A program made the translations under genes and the position numbers. Below are positions 28,072 through 40,737 of a DNA stretch of 46,124 nucleotides, one piece after another. The stretch comes from a virus (taxonomy: Duplodnaviria > Heunggongvirae > Uroviricota > Caudoviricetes): the IMG/VR virus record IMGVR_UViG_2547132255_000002; one strand, written 5' to 3'. Numbering within the stretch: position 1 is the first letter of the stretch; each line of letters opens with the position of its first letter. The notes beneath the pieces are model-generated. The model was not told the DNA's origin. It was given only the letters and a program-made list of their open reading frames with translations, and did not search any database.

Positions 28072-29490
28072 ATGCCTATTCAGCAACTTCCGCTTATGAA
28101 AGGTGTCGGCAAAGACTTTCGAAACGCCGACTATATCGACTATCTGCCAGTGAATATGTTGGCCACCCCCAAAGAAATCCTCAACAGCAGCGGATATCTT
28201 CGCTCATTCCCGGGCATTGCCAAACGATCTGATGTGAACGGTGTATCTCGCGGCGTCGAGTACAACATGGCGCAGAGTGCTGTTTATCGCGTGTGTGGTG
28301 GCAAACTGTACAAAGGAGAAAGTGAGGTCGGTGATGTTGCCGGAAGTGGTCGCGTATCAATGGCGCATGGTCGGACATCACAGGCGGTAGGCGTTAATGG
28401 TCAACTTATCGAGTATCGCTATGATGGCACGGTTAAAACCGTCTCAAACTGGCCTACAGACAGTGGATTCACGCAGTATGAGTTAGGCTCAGTCCGCGAC
28501 ATTACGCGCTTGCGTGGGCGTTATGCGTGGTCAAAAGACGGCACTGATTCATGGTTTATCACTGACCTTGAAGACGAATCACATCCTGACCGATACAGCG
28601 CACAATATCGTGCCGAGTCTCAGCCTGACGGCATCATCGGTATCGGAACATGGCGAGACTTCATCGTCTGCTTTGGTTCATCGACGATTGAATATTTCTC
28701 CCTGACGGGGGCAACCACCGTTGGTGCCGCTTTGTATGTCGCCCAGCCATCGCTGATGGTGCAGAAAGGCATTGCCGGGACTTACTGCAAAACGCCATTC
28801 TCTGATTCATATGCGTTCATCAGCAATCCGGCAACAGGTGCGCCGTCTGTGTACATCATCGGCTCCGGTCAGGCATCACCAATCGCCAGCGCGAGCATTG
28901 AGAAAATACTACGCTCCTACACTGCTGATGAACTGGCTGATGGCGTGATGGAGTCTCTGCGATTTGATGCGCATGAGTTGCTGATTATTCACCTGCCGCG
29001 CCATGTACTCGTGTACGACGCATCTTCAAGCGCCAATGGTCCGCAATGGTGTGTGTTGAAAACTGGCTTGTATGACGATGTGTACCGCGCTATCGACTTC
29101 ATTTACGAAGGCAATCAGATAACGTGCGGCGATAAGCTGGAATCGGTTACCGGTAAATTGCAGTTCGATATCAGCAGCCAGTATGGTCTTCAACAGGAAC
29201 ATATTTTATATTCTCCTTTAATAAAGGCAGATAACGCTTTAATAAATGACCTTGAATTAGAAACATCGGGCGGCGTGTGTGATAGAATAGATAAAATATT
29301 TATATCAGCCACTACAGATGGAATTAGTTACGGTCGTGAGCAAATGGTCGTATTACAAAAACCATTTGTATATGACAATCGCGTTTTATGGCGAAAAGTT
29401 GGTCGAGTTAGACGCCTCATTGGATTTAAATTCAGAGTTATTGCAAAAGGTCCTGTTACATTATCAGGCCTTTCTATTCGTGTAACATAA
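28072..29490 (+). CDS. Head completion protein (P22 gp10-like)
   Basis: 472 aa, same length as P22 gp10; synteny. Confidence 0.65.
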   Translation: MPIQQLPLMKGVGKDFRNADYIDYLPVNMLATPKEILNSSGYLRSFPGIAKRSDVNGVSRGVEYNMAQSAVYRVCGGKLYKGESEVGDVAGSGRVSMAHGRTSQAVGVNGQLIEYRYDGTVKTVSNWPTDSGFTQYELGSVRDITRLRGRYAWSKDGTDSWFITDLEDESHPDRYSAQYRAESQPDGIIGIGTWRDFIVCFGSSTIEYFSLTGATTVGAALYVAQPSLMVQKGIAGTYCKTPFSDSYAFISNPATGAPSVYIIGSGQASPIASASIEKILRSYTADELADGVMESLRFDAHELLIIHLPRHVLVYDASSSANGPQWCVLKTGLYDDVYRAIDFIYEGNQITCGDKLESVTGKLQFDISSQYGLQQEHILYSPLIKADNALINDLELETSGGVCDRIDKIFISATTDGISYGREQMVVLQKPFVYDNRVLWRKVGRVRRLIGFKFRVIAKGPVTLSGLSIRVT

Positions 29491-29511
29491 ATCGAAACTA
29501 AAGGAGTAGAT

Positions 29512-30056
29512 ATGTTGAGTGAAAACGCAAAAGATATTCCTGGATATGAAGGTTTATATGCCGTAACAGAGGATGGGCGAGTATATTCTCACTCACGTGT
29601 TGTTAAGGCTGCGCATGGCAGCACGCAACTCAGAAAGGGGCGGTGGCTAAAACAACACGAGAATAATAAAGGTTATCTATATTTGCCACTTAGTGTTGAT
29701 GGAGTTAAAGTAAAATGGCTTGTGCATAGGCTTGTCGCTCTTGCTTTCGTCCCCAATCCAGAAGGCAAGCCGTTCATAAATCACATAGATAACAACCGAA
29801 AAATAATAATGCTTCTAATTTAGAGTGGTGTACTCAAAAGGAGAATATGAAGCATTGCTCATCTCAAGGCAGGGTGAAGTTTCCGGCTTTAAAAGGAGAA
29901 AATAATCCAATTTCAAAGCTCTCATATGAGCAAGTAATAGAAATAAAGAAATCAAAGGGAGTTAATCAAAGAGAGCTTGCTAAAAAATACTGTGTCAGTC
30001 AGACGGTGATTCACAATATCCAGTCTGGTAAATCGTGGAGGCATGTTAATGGCTGA
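29512..30056 (+). pseudogene. HNH homing endonuclease (NUMOD4 plus HNH_3), frame broken at an A5 run (29799-29803)
   Basis: Frame 1 gives IPGYEGLYAVTEDGRVYS...FINHIDNNRK then stops; frame 3 continues NNASNLEWCTQKENMKHC...; one extra A would restore HIDNNRKNNNASNLEW. Confidence 0.65.
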
Positions 30057-30897
30057 TTCGAATCTCAACACCCCTGTTATTGTTCAGGCGACGCAGCTCG
30101 ATACATCAATCCTTCCACGCAATATCTTCTCGCAGTCGTATCTGCTTTACGTTATCGCACAGGGTACTGATGTTGGTAACGTGGCGAACAAGGCCAACGA
30201 GGCCGGACAGGGCGCTTATGACGCACAAGTCAGGAACGATGAGCAGGATGTGATTCTCGCTGACCATGAGCAGCGAATTTCTGCTGCGGAAGCAACGCTT
30301 GTTAATCATGAGGAGCGAATCAGCCAGGCAGAATCAACTCTTCAGGAACATGAAACACGAATAGCGCAGAATGAAAGCGATATTGCGTCGCTTGATACCA
30401 GAGTTCAGTCGCTGGAGTCGCAGGTTTCAGACCATGAAACGCGCATTGATGCTCTGGAGTATGCAACCACGCGCAAGAAGTCAGAGGTTGTTTACTCTGG
30501 CGTATCAGTAACCATTCCGACAGCGCCGACCAACCTTGTTAGCCTGCTGAAAACGCTCACGCCGTCATCAGGCTCGTTGGCACCATTCTTCGACACCGTT
30601 AACAACAAGATGGTTGTGTTCAACGAGAACAAAACCCTGCTCTTCAAGTTGTCGATTGTCGGCACGTGGCCCAGCGGAACCTCCAACAGGTCAATGCAGC
30701 TAACCTTTTCCGGCTCTGTTCCTGACACACTGGTAAGCAGTCGCAACTCGGCGACAACAACCGATAACATTCTGTTAGCTACGTTCTTCAGCGTGGATAA
30801 AGACGGCTTTCTTGCCACAAATGGCAGTACGTTAACCATTCAGTCAAATGGTGCGGCGTTTACTGCCACAACCATCAAAATCATTGCGGAGCAGTGA
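30049..30897 (+). CDS. Tail needle (P22 gp26-like) with C-terminal knob
   Basis: [43 protein letters not shown]... matches the P22 gp26 N-terminus; heptad coiled coil; extra ~100-aa C-terminal domain. Confidence 0.85.
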   Translation: MADSNLNTPVIVQATQLDTSILPRNIFSQSYLLYVIAQGTDVGNVANKANEAGQGAYDAQVRNDEQDVILADHEQRISAAEATLVNHEERISQAESTLQEHETRIAQNESDIASLDTRVQSLESQVSDHETRIDALEYATTRKKSEVVYSGVSVTIPTAPTNLVSLLKTLTPSSGSLAPFFDTVNNKMVVFNENKTLLFKLSIVGTWPSGTSNRSMQLTFSGSVPDTLVSSRNSATTTDNILLATFFSVDKDGFLATNGSTLTIQSNGAAFTATTIKIIAEQ

Positions 30898-31376
30898 TGG
30901 AAATAAAGCTCATCGATAATCCGGTGAAGCTTGCAGAATTCCTCAACAACCCGGCAAACACGGGAAATATCGTAGACAGTGGAGATAAATACTACATCAA
31001 GCCTGATGCGGTATATCTCGGCATCTACGAAGGATTAGTGCTGGCTGGAGTTCATGAAGTGCGCAACTTCTGGCATAGCGTTGTTGAATGCCATGCGGTG
31101 TACGACCCCGGATTCCGTGGTGAATATGCACTGCAAGGGCATCGATTATTCTGCAAATGGCTTCTCGAAAACTCACCATTCCTTAACAGCATCACCATGG
31201 TTCCTGACACAACGAAATACGGACGGGCAATTATCCGTTTGCTTGGCGCTACCCGTGTTGGTCACCTTGATGATGCTTATACCAGCAATGGAAAGCCTGT
31301 AGGCATCACGATTTATCAGTTACCGCGCTCAAAATACGAGGAGCTAAAGAATGTTAATTTTCCAGATTGCCAATAA
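30894..31376 (+). CDS. P22 gp14-like protein
   Basis: 160 aa; synteny between needle and gp7-like gene. Confidence 0.55.
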   Translation: MMEIKLIDNPVKLAEFLNNPANTGNIVDSGDKYYIKPDAVYLGIYEGLVLAGVHEVRNFWHSVVECHAVYDPGFRGEYALQGHRLFCKWLLENSPFLNSITMVPDTTKYGRAIIRLLGATRVGHLDDAYTSNGKPVGITIYQLPRSKYEELKNVNFPDCQ

Positions 31377-31609
31377 GCACCTCAGCAAAGCTGTGTACTG
31401 CAAAGGTGGCAGTGATAGCGGTTCAAAGGCACAGGCACGCGCAACTGAAAAGGGCATCGAATTGCAGCGTGAAATGTGGCAGACGAACATGCAAAACCTT
31501 GCACCGTTCACGCCACTCGCTCAGCAGTACGTATCACAGTTGCAAAATCTTTCCTCTCTTCAGGGGCAAGGTCAGGCGCTTAACCAGTATTACAACTCCC
31601 AGCAGTACA

Positions 31610-33563
<1,954 letters not shown>

Positions 33564-33978
33564 GTACAAAGACCTTGCAGGTCAGGCGCGTTACCAGAGT
33601 CTGGCAGCAGCAGAGGCAACGGGTGGATTAGGCTCTACAGCAACAGGAAACCAGTTAGCAGCAATCGCACCTACACTCGGTCAAAACTGGCTGTCAGGTC
33701 AGATGAACAACTACAACAATCTGGCAAACATTGGCCTTGGTGCTCTTACAGGTCAGGCAAATGCCGGACAGACCTATGCAAACAATGCCAGTCAGTTGTA
33801 TCAACAGCAGGCAGCAGCAGTCGCAGCAAATGCCAACCGACCATCTACAGGTCAGAAATTGATTGGTGGAATAGGTTCTGGTGCTGCTATTGGTGGCAGT
33901 GTTGGTGGTCCATGGGGAGCAGCAATTGGTGCAGGTGTAGGTGCTCTCGGCTCTCTTCTTTACTGATGGAGGTGAACA

Positions 33979-35361
33979 GTGGCAACTTGGCAACAGAGCA
34001 TCAACTCCGGTGGTTTTCTGGCTGGAATTGGTGCGCAAAATGAGAATGCGCCAAAGGCGAGTGATGTAAATGAGACACTGGCTTACATTCGTCAGAATAA
34101 TGAGGATGCCAGGCTTGGTCGCAACAATATCGGTCTGCAGGCTCTGCAGGGAATAACAAGCACAATGCAAGGATTGCAGCAATATGATCAGCAGAAGCAA
34201 GAGGCAGCATTCAGAAAGGATTATGCTTCTGCTATTCAATCAGGTGATCGACAGCAGGTTCGAGATCTGATGACCAAATATCCTGGTCAATTAGAGAAGA
34301 TTCAGTCTGGTATGAAGTGGGCAGACGAAGACCAGCGCAATTCTATCGGCACCTTAGCGGCTGGCGCACGACTTGCAGCCTCGTCTCCAGAAGCAATGCA
34401 ATCATGGCTGCAAAACAACGCCAAGGAACTGACTCGCGTCGGTGTTGACCCTAATAACGTTGCTCAGATGTATCAGCAGAATCCTTCAGGATTTGGTGAG
34501 TTTGTTGATCACCTTGGAATGTCAGCGCTTGGTCCTAATGATTATTTCAATGTTCAGGACAAGATGGCTGGTCGTGAGATTGACCGAGGCAGGCTGGCAG
34601 AGACAATCCGCAGCAATCAGGCTGGCGAGGCACTTCAGGCGAGAGGGCAAAACCTTTCCTATCAGTCAGCAATGACTGGACACGGACTTGCAGCAGAAAG
34701 ACTGGCACTTGATAAGCAGAAATTCGGTTTTGAAGTACAACAGGCACAAAAGAAGGCCGATGAACTTATTAATGCTGCGCCAAAACTATCCGTGAACATG
34801 GAAAAGGCTATAGAAAAATCAGCAGGTGATGCGGCAGCTAGTCGTAATGCTGCCGATTCAATGACAACGCTTGCTGACACGCTGGAGAAGGAGAAGCCAA
34901 CTCCTGGTTTGTTCGGTAACGCTGAAAATATGTTCACTAAGCTTACGGGGCAAGATAACTACCTCCGAGATATGCGGATTAGATTCAACCAACTAGCCAA
35001 TGCGCAGGCAACCAAGCTTCTCCCTCCCGGCCCTGCATCAGATAAGGATATTGAGTTTGCAAGGAAAGGCATTCCAAGCGAAACGGATAATCCAATGGTC
35101 ATGGCTCGATGGTTAAGGGGTATGGCAAAAATGGAAAGTAATAACGCGAAGTTCAACGAGTTTAGGTCAGAGTGGATGAGTGCAAATGGCAGCCCAGGAC
35201 AATCTGATCGCAACCGAAACATCATGGGGATGGATGTTAAGAAGGGTGAATCATTGAACTCTGCGGCAAAACGTTTTCTTTCCTCAAGTTATGGCGATAG
35301 CCAACCTCAACAGCAATTGTCCGATGACGAATTAATTAGCAAATATCTCGGAGGGCAGTAA
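33979..35361 (+). CDS. Ejection protein (P22 gp20-like)
   Basis: 460 aa from GTG with RBS GGAGGT; synteny and size. Confidence 0.65.
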   Translation: MATWQQSINSGGFLAGIGAQNENAPKASDVNETLAYIRQNNEDARLGRNNIGLQALQGITSTMQGLQQYDQQKQEAAFRKDYASAIQSGDRQQVRDLMTKYPGQLEKIQSGMKWADEDQRNSIGTLAAGARLAASSPEAMQSWLQNNAKELTRVGVDPNNVAQMYQQNPSGFGEFVDHLGMSALGPNDYFNVQDKMAGREIDRGRLAETIRSNQAGEALQARGQNLSYQSAMTGHGLAAERLALDKQKFGFEVQQAQKKADELINAAPKLSVNMEKAIEKSAGDAAASRNAADSMTTLADTLEKEKPTPGLFGNAENMFTKLTGQDNYLRDMRIRFNQLANAQATKLLPPGPASDKDIEFARKGIPSETDNPMVMARWLRGMAKMESNNAKFNEFRSEWMSANGSPGQSDRNRNIMGMDVKKGESLNSAAKRFLSSSYGDSQPQQQLSDDELISKYLGGQ

Positions 35362-37481
35362 TGGCCTATAGTCGTGAACAGTTGATGACGGCGTTAAGGA
35401 ATGCTGATGCTGCCGGCGATACTGAGGGAGCACGTCGCATTGCTCAGATGCTGTCTTCTGGTGATCAATCCACTCAAAACCAATCGCAGCCAGAAGAACA
35501 ATCTCTGGTGGGAAAAGCTACTAACTGGCTCACTGGTGGTCAAAGTGCAGGGCAAATTGCAGAACAGGCTGGTCGTGGTCTGGTAAACATACCATTTGAC
35601 GTATTGCAGGGTGGCGCAAGTCTGATTAATGCAATCAGTCAGGGGCTTGGTGGCCCCAAGGTTTTGGATGATGTTTATCGCCCAGTAGACAGACCTACAG
35701 ACCCCTACGCGCAAGCCGGTGAAACTATTGGTGGGTATCTCCTGCCAATTGGCACAGCGGCAAAAGCTGCTGGAGCGCCAGCAAAGCTCGCTGAAGATAT
35801 CGGTTCCGCAGGAAACATGATTGCAGGTTCTCTTGCTGATGCTGCAAATCAGGAGGGCGACTTTGCACAAAATGCTGCCATTAACGGTGGTATCAATATT
35901 GGTGCTCAGGGGATACTTTCTGGGGCTGGAAGGATCTTAACCTCTAAATCACCTCAAGCTCTTGGTGGCGGGGCAATAAATTCCGCTGCTGATGTTTCGA
36001 AAATGGCAAAGTCTGGTACAGGAAGAGAGATTATTGCCAGACAGTCAGCTAACGTGTCAGACGAAATAGCAAAAGCAGCAGATACTGCTGGAATAGATAT
36101 CAACGCATTAACTCCTGGCATGAGATCAGGTAGTCGTGGTCTTGCTCAGGCAGAGGGGATTCTGGCGTCAAAGCCCGGAATTACACAGGATGCACATACC
36201 AAAGCATTCAGTGAAATAGAGTCGAAATTTAACTCAGCATTGGATGAGTTTGGGGCTGAAGCAGGAACTGCATCAGAAAAAAGTGCAGCCATAAAACAAA
36301 GGGTTTTGGCAAGTATTGATAAAATGAAAAATTCAGAAAAGGCCGCATGGGATAGCGTCCGCTCCACGATGCCTGACGCAAAGGCCAGAATGTCAAATCT
36401 GAACGCTACAATTCAGGGTGATATTTTGGCTGGCATGCCGCTAACTCCTGAGATGAAACAATTCGCATCTGCTTATGCTAAAACTGGTAAAAAAGGAATC
36501 ACGTTTGATGCCATGAAGGCATGGCGAAGTAAACTTGCTGACGCAGAGCAGAAGTATATAAGGTCTGGTGAGGCAAATACGGCAAGGCGAATGGCTGAGC
36601 TTCGTGATGCAGCAACGGAAGATATGCGCATAATGGCTCAAAATGGCGGTTTTCTTGATGACTGGCAAAAAGCTAATGATCTGTCAAAGGCAAGATTTAC
36701 AGCACAAGAACAGGCTGAAGCAGCGTTTGGTAGAGACCTTGCAACTGATCAGTTGGTAACTAATGGCTCTAAGGCGTTACAGGGTTCAGCAAAAAGTGGA
36801 ACAGGTCAGTTCCATAAAATAATAAGCGCCCTACCTGAGTCGGAACGCGCGCCAGCAATTGCGTCAATATTACAAGATGCAATGTCGCAAGGGGTACGCG
36901 GAGGTAAGTCTGAAGAGGCTGGAATTAAGCATATCGCGACTATTCTTACCCCACAAAACGTGAAGGCAATTAGTCGATATTCTCCAGAACTTGGCAGGAT
37001 TACAAGTTCATACGGAGAACTTGCACGAGCAGCAACAAAGCCACTTCGATATGTTGAACAGACAGGGCGATCTATGCCAGCCATTAGCACTCTTGAGAAT
37101 GGCCTTCATCCAGTTTTAGAGAGCGCATTGTCTGGCGCTTTTAGAACTACTGGCACTATCGCAGGGTTCTCTGGAGGAGGCGTTATTGGAGCAATAGCGG
37201 GTGGCGCTGCAGGTGGAGCAATTGATGCAATGGCAAAAGGAGCGATAGCGAAATTATCCGCAACTAGAAGCGGTCGTTACGCTATTGAAAAGGCTGTTCA
37301 AGAGGCAACAAAGGCCGTTAAGGTTGGGGCAAGTGATGGTGCATTAGCGGCGGCGGAACGCAGATTTATGGCAAATAAGGCCGCCGTAAAAGCAATACGT
37401 GATGCAGTCGGAAACGAAGAGTTTCAGCGCTTAGCGAGGGCTGGTATTGTGGCATCGCTAAGCGGAATGGCACAGGAGTAA
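35361..37481 (+). CDS. Ejection protein (P22 gp16-like)
   Basis: 706 aa, Gly/Ala-rich; start overlaps gp20 stop (TAATG); synteny. Confidence 0.6.
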   Translation: MAYSREQLMTALRNADAAGDTEGARRIAQMLSSGDQSTQNQSQPEEQSLVGKATNWLTGGQSAGQIAEQAGRGLVNIPFDVLQGGASLINAISQGLGGPKVLDDVYRPVDRPTDPYAQAGETIGGYLLPIGTAAKAAGAPAKLAEDIGSAGNMIAGSLADAANQEGDFAQNAAINGGINIGAQGILSGAGRILTSKSPQALGGGAINSAADVSKMAKSGTGREIIARQSANVSDEIAKAADTAGIDINALTPGMRSGSRGLAQAEGILASKPGITQDAHTKAFSEIESKFNSALDEFGAEAGTASEKSAAIKQRVLASIDKMKNSEKAAWDSVRSTMPDAKARMSNLNATIQGDILAGMPLTPEMKQFASAYAKTGKKGITFDAMKAWRSKLADAEQKYIRSGEANTARRMAELRDAATEDMRIMAQNGGFLDDWQKANDLSKARFTAQEQAEAAFGRDLATDQLVTNGSKALQGSAKSGTGQFHKIISALPESERAPAIASILQDAMSQGVRGGKSEEAGIKHIATILTPQNVKAISRYSPELGRITSSYGELARAATKPLRYVEQTGRSMPAISTLENGLHPVLESALSGAFRTTGTIAGFSGGGVIGAIAGGAAGGAIDAMAKGAIAKLSATRSGRYAIEKAVQEATKAVKVGASDGALAAAERRFMANKAAVKAIRDAVGNEEFQRLARAGIVASLSGMAQE

Positions 37482-37810
37482 TCAATCATCCATGGATGGA
37501 TTGAGCTTATCTCGTGTTGATGTGGCAATTTTCCCAACATTTTTCAACCAAGATTTTAAGAAGGATATGTCGTCCTTAATATCATGAATATCCTCATTCT
37601 TTATACGATCAACCTTATCCTCTAGGCTCTCTATAGAACGCTCAATGCTAGACAGAGAGATTTTTAAGTCTCCTTGCTCACGTTCCAGTGAGGATTTGAG
37701 AGCACAATATTCGTTTTCTAGAATTCCTATTTTTTTGTTAGAGAGTGCATTCGATACTCATACACCAAACCAGAAACGACTAATGCAGCCAACAGAAACC
37801 ATTCAAGCAC
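37482..37810 (-). pseudogene. Small membrane-anchored coiled-coil protein, frame broken at an A7 run
   Basis: Minus strand: RBS AAGGAGG, GTG, TM helix VLEWFLLAALVVSGLVYEY, then stop at the A-run; the next frame continues IGILENEYCALKSSLEREQGDLK... to 37482 with no start of its own. Confidence 0.45.
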
Positions 37811-37870
37811 ACCAACCTCCTTAGTTTTGAGCAGGATACCAGATGATAATGTGTAGTTGGAGTAGCGCGG

Positions 37871-37965
37871 TTGTAATGCAAGCATTTTGTTTTGGTTTTA
37901 TGCTTGCTTGTATGTGTGTACAGTGTATATAATGCAAGCATATATCGCAACAAGGTGCTTGCATT
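37871..37965 (+). promoter_or_regulatory. Repeat-structured leader/promoter with four alternating TGCAAGCA / TGCTTGCA elements
   Basis: ATGCAAGCAT (37876), ATGCTTGCTT (37900), ATGCAAGCAT (37932), GTGCTTGCAT (37956, overlapping the start codon); TATATAAT at 37925-37932. Confidence 0.5.
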
Positions 37966-38952
37966 ATGACAGAAAAGAAAAGTAGTGAAGGGAAAGCTAA
38001 GGGCGGGATCGCTCGCGCAAAGTCGCTGACTAAAGAGCAGCGTTCTGAAATAGCAAAGAAAGCAGCGGCAAAACGATGGGAAGGTAAGCCACTAAGAGCG
38101 ATTAGAAAGGGTAACTTCATTGATGATTTCGGCATTGATGCAGAATGTTACGTACTTGATGATAATGATAAAACGGTTGTAGTTAGTAAAACTGGTCTGG
38201 CTAAATTACTAGGAATCGGTGAGCATGGTAGGGATGTAGACCGTTTTCTAAATACGAATTATATGGCTGATTTTGTCGATCCATTTTTGCTAGAAAAATT
38301 CAAAAAACCTCTTATTTTTCAATGGAGAAGTCCGGTCCCAAACTCAGCCCCAAATCCACTCGCTGATGAGGCTCACGGTTACGATATTGCCCTTATCGGT
38401 GATATAGCCACAGCAATGATTAATGCCGATCGAGCTGGCGCTCTACCGCCTTCAAGATCAAAATCTGCCAGCCTTGCCCAAAGACTTGTTACCGCATCAA
38501 TGAAAGCAGGGCTTAAAGGACTTGGTTATGCTATTGCAGGATATCGACCTGAAGTACAGGAGGTTATTGATTCCTTCAAGGCCTTTGTTCGTGAAGAGGC
38601 GAGGCAGTATGAAAAAGAATTTCCAGATGAGCTATATGAGGAGTGGTATCGACTGTACGGCCTGAACAGGCCAGAGAAGGGACGTCCAATTCGTTTTGGG
38701 CAGCTAACCAACATGCAGATATACACTCCGCTAGCAAAGAGTAAAGGTAAAATCCTTGAACAGATTCGAGCCAGCCGAGACGAGAACGGAAAACAATCTG
38801 ATAAGTTGCACCTGTTCCTTTCTGAAATTGGTGTCAAGGCTTTGCGTCAGCATATCGGTAAGCTTCTTGGTGTCGCAGCGATGAGCGAGACAAGAGAAGA
38901 ATACGAAAAAGGAATAGAAAAGGTTTTTGGAAGAATAAAACCAGAAATCTAA
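37966..38952 (+). CDS. Hypothetical protein (possibly P63C-like) in the sieA-equivalent slot
   Basis: 328 aa; basic N-terminus KGGIARAKSLTKEQRSEIAKKAAAKRW; family assignment is a weak recollection. Confidence 0.55.
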   Translation: MTEKKSSEGKAKGGIARAKSLTKEQRSEIAKKAAAKRWEGKPLRAIRKGNFIDDFGIDAECYVLDDNDKTVVVSKTGLAKLLGIGEHGRDVDRFLNTNYMADFVDPFLLEKFKKPLIFQWRSPVPNSAPNPLADEAHGYDIALIGDIATAMINADRAGALPPSRSKSASLAQRLVTASMKAGLKGLGYAIAGYRPEVQEVIDSFKAFVREEARQYEKEFPDELYEEWYRLYGLNRPEKGRPIRFGQLTNMQIYTPLAKSKGKILEQIRASRDENGKQSDKLHLFLSEIGVKALRQHIGKLLGVAAMSETREEYEKGIEKVFGRIKPEI

Positions 38953-38967
38953 TTAAAAAACCCACCT

Positions 38968-39222
38968 TCAGGTGGGTTTTTTATCTTCTCCGTACATGCT
39001 GCTGAGAGTCTTTAGAAGAGCCTCCCTAAATTTTTCAGATTCTTGTTGAGCAAAACCTTCTATTGTTCTTGGTGATTTTTCTTCATCAATAGCAGCTTGC
39101 AAGATCATAACTATTTCTGAATTTAATGAGCGTCCGTTTTTCGATGCTCTTATGGTCAGGTCGCGCTTGAGGCTATCTGGCATTCTTACGCTATATGGGG
39201 CTATGTCTCTAACCTTCGTCAT
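38968..39222 (-). CDS. mnt: Mnt-like ribbon-helix-helix repressor
   Basis: 84 aa; RMPDSLKRDLTIRASKNGRSLNSEIVMILQ resembles P22 Mnt (RMPMEVREKLKFRAEANGRSMNSELLQIV). Confidence 0.8.
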   Translation of the reverse strand: MTKVRDIAPYSVRMPDSLKRDLTIRASKNGRSLNSEIVMILQAAIDEEKSPRTIEGFAQQESEKFREALLKTLSSMYGEDKKPT

Positions 39223-39331
39223 ACTTACACCGTGATAATCACATTGATATCACAGTGTATTCAAAAAAATTTTGACTTGATATACTCACGGTGATATGTT
39301 TGTGATTCACAATAACTCACGTGGTGGCAAT
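39223..39331. promoter_or_regulatory. Divergent mnt/arc promoter-operator region
   Basis: Palindromic elements GTGATAATCAC, TGATATCA, GGTGATATG, GTGATTCAC; TTGACT -35-like hexamer. Confidence 0.55.
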
Positions 39332-39484
39332 ATGGAAAAAGAAGTTAGCAGAATTTTGGTGAGAATGCCTCAGTCGCTAAAAGATGCGATTACTGGAAAG
39401 GCCAAAGAAGAATGCCGGTCGTTTAACTCGGAAGTGATTAAGCGATTGCTGGACAGCCTGAAGAGAGAGGGGGTAGTGGTATGA
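39332..39484 (+). CDS. arc: Arc-like ribbon-helix-helix repressor
   Basis: 50 aa MEKEVSRILVRMPQSLKDAITGKAKEECRSFNSEVIKRLL, RHH beta-strand motif as in P22 Arc. Confidence 0.75.
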   Translation: MEKEVSRILVRMPQSLKDAITGKAKEECRSFNSEVIKRLLDSLKREGVVV

Positions 39485-39672
39485 AAAACCGCAGATGTTG
39501 TTTTTGTGGGTGTAGTAAAGAAACGACTGGCAGGGGCTTTGTTGTGTCAAAAAATACCGAAGAAGCAATTTGTGACTCATGCGTTACAGATATTGTTATT
39601 TTCATGCATGGCGAGAAGGGGTTAGATGAAAAGCTAGAGAGTATTCCAGTTGAAGGCGCTGATAAAAGTTGA
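39481..39672 (+). CDS. Small Cys-rich protein (putative zinc ribbon)
   Basis: 63 aa with CCFCGC...CDSC; start overlaps arc stop (ATGA). Confidence 0.5.
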   Translation: MKNRRCCFCGCSKETTGRGFVVSKNTEEAICDSCVTDIVIFMHGEKGLDEKLESIPVEGADKS

Positions 39673-39734
39673 AGCCCCAACTGCTGTAACAGTCAGGGCT
39701 TCGGTTGTCGGTAAATCCTTGGAGAAAAACCAAC

Positions 39735-40637
39735 ATGAATAGTATAGCAATTTTAGAAGCAGTGAACACCTCTTACGTGCCTTTCAATGGTCAGCAGATT
39801 TTAACCGCTGTGGCTGCCGGAGTGACTTATGTAGCGATGCGTCAAATTGTGGAAAACATTGGTATAGACTGGACTGGTCAATCTGTTAAGTTGCGTAAAA
39901 TGAAGGACAAATTCAACTGTAGAGATATCTCTATGGTTGCCGCTGATGGCAAGTTACGTAAGCTTTTATGCATACCGCTGAAGAAACTCAATGGATGGCT
40001 GTTCAGCATCAACCCTGAGAAAGTTCGTGCTGACATCCGTGATAAACTGATTCAGTACCAGGAGGAATGCTTTAGCGTGCTGCATGACTACTGGACGAAG
40101 GGAAAGGCAGAAAATGCACGTAAGAAAACATCTGTTGATGACAGGACTCCGCTTCGTGATGCTGTAAATATGCTAGTCAGCAAAAAGCATCTAATGTACC
40201 CAGAAGCTTATGCAATGATTCATCAGCGTTTCAACGTGGAAAGTATTGAAGAGCTTGATGCATCTCAGATACCGCAAGCCGTAGAGTACATCCACAGGGT
40301 AGTGCTTGAAGGTGAATTCATCGGCAAACAAGAGAAGAAAGCAAACGAGCTTTCTGCAAAAGAAGCAAACAGTCTTGTATGGTTATGGGATTATGCCAAC
40401 CGCTCACAGGCATTATTCCGCGAACTGTATCCGGCGCTAAAACAAATTCAATCGAACTATTCCGGCAGATGCTACGACTACGGTCATGAGTTCTCGTATG
40501 TTATCGGAATGGCGAGAGATGTTTTAATTAATCACACACGAGATGTTGATATCAATGAGCCAGACGGACCAACGAATCTTTCCGCATGGATGAGACTTAA
40601 GAATAAAGAATTACCTCCTTCAGTACATAACTACTGA
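39735..40637 (+). CDS. ant: Antirepressor Ant-like protein
   Basis: ~300 aa after arc, as in P22 immI; ATG 39735 has a GGAG RBS (ORF opens at TTG 39705). Confidence 0.7.
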   Translation: MNSIAILEAVNTSYVPFNGQQILTAVAAGVTYVAMRQIVENIGIDWTGQSVKLRKMKDKFNCRDISMVAADGKLRKLLCIPLKKLNGWLFSINPEKVRADIRDKLIQYQEECFSVLHDYWTKGKAENARKKTSVDDRTPLRDAVNMLVSKKHLMYPEAYAMIHQRFNVESIEELDASQIPQAVEYIHRVVLEGEFIGKQEKKANELSAKEANSLVWLWDYANRSQALFRELYPALKQIQSNYSGRCYDYGHEFSYVIGMARDVLINHTRDVDINEPDGPTNLSAWMRLKNKELPPSVHNY

Positions 40638-40656
40638 CAGATAACCAACGCAACGA

Positions 40657-40679
40657 CCCAGCTTCGGCTGGGTTTTTTT
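40657..40679 (+). terminator. Intrinsic terminator after ant
   Basis: CCCAGC-ttcg-GCTGGG hairpin followed by TTTTTTTA. Confidence 0.8.
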
Positions 40680-40737
40680 ATGCCCAAAATTCACCGTAGC
40701 CATGCTGCGGCGATTCCTTGCATCTGGAGCAAATTAA

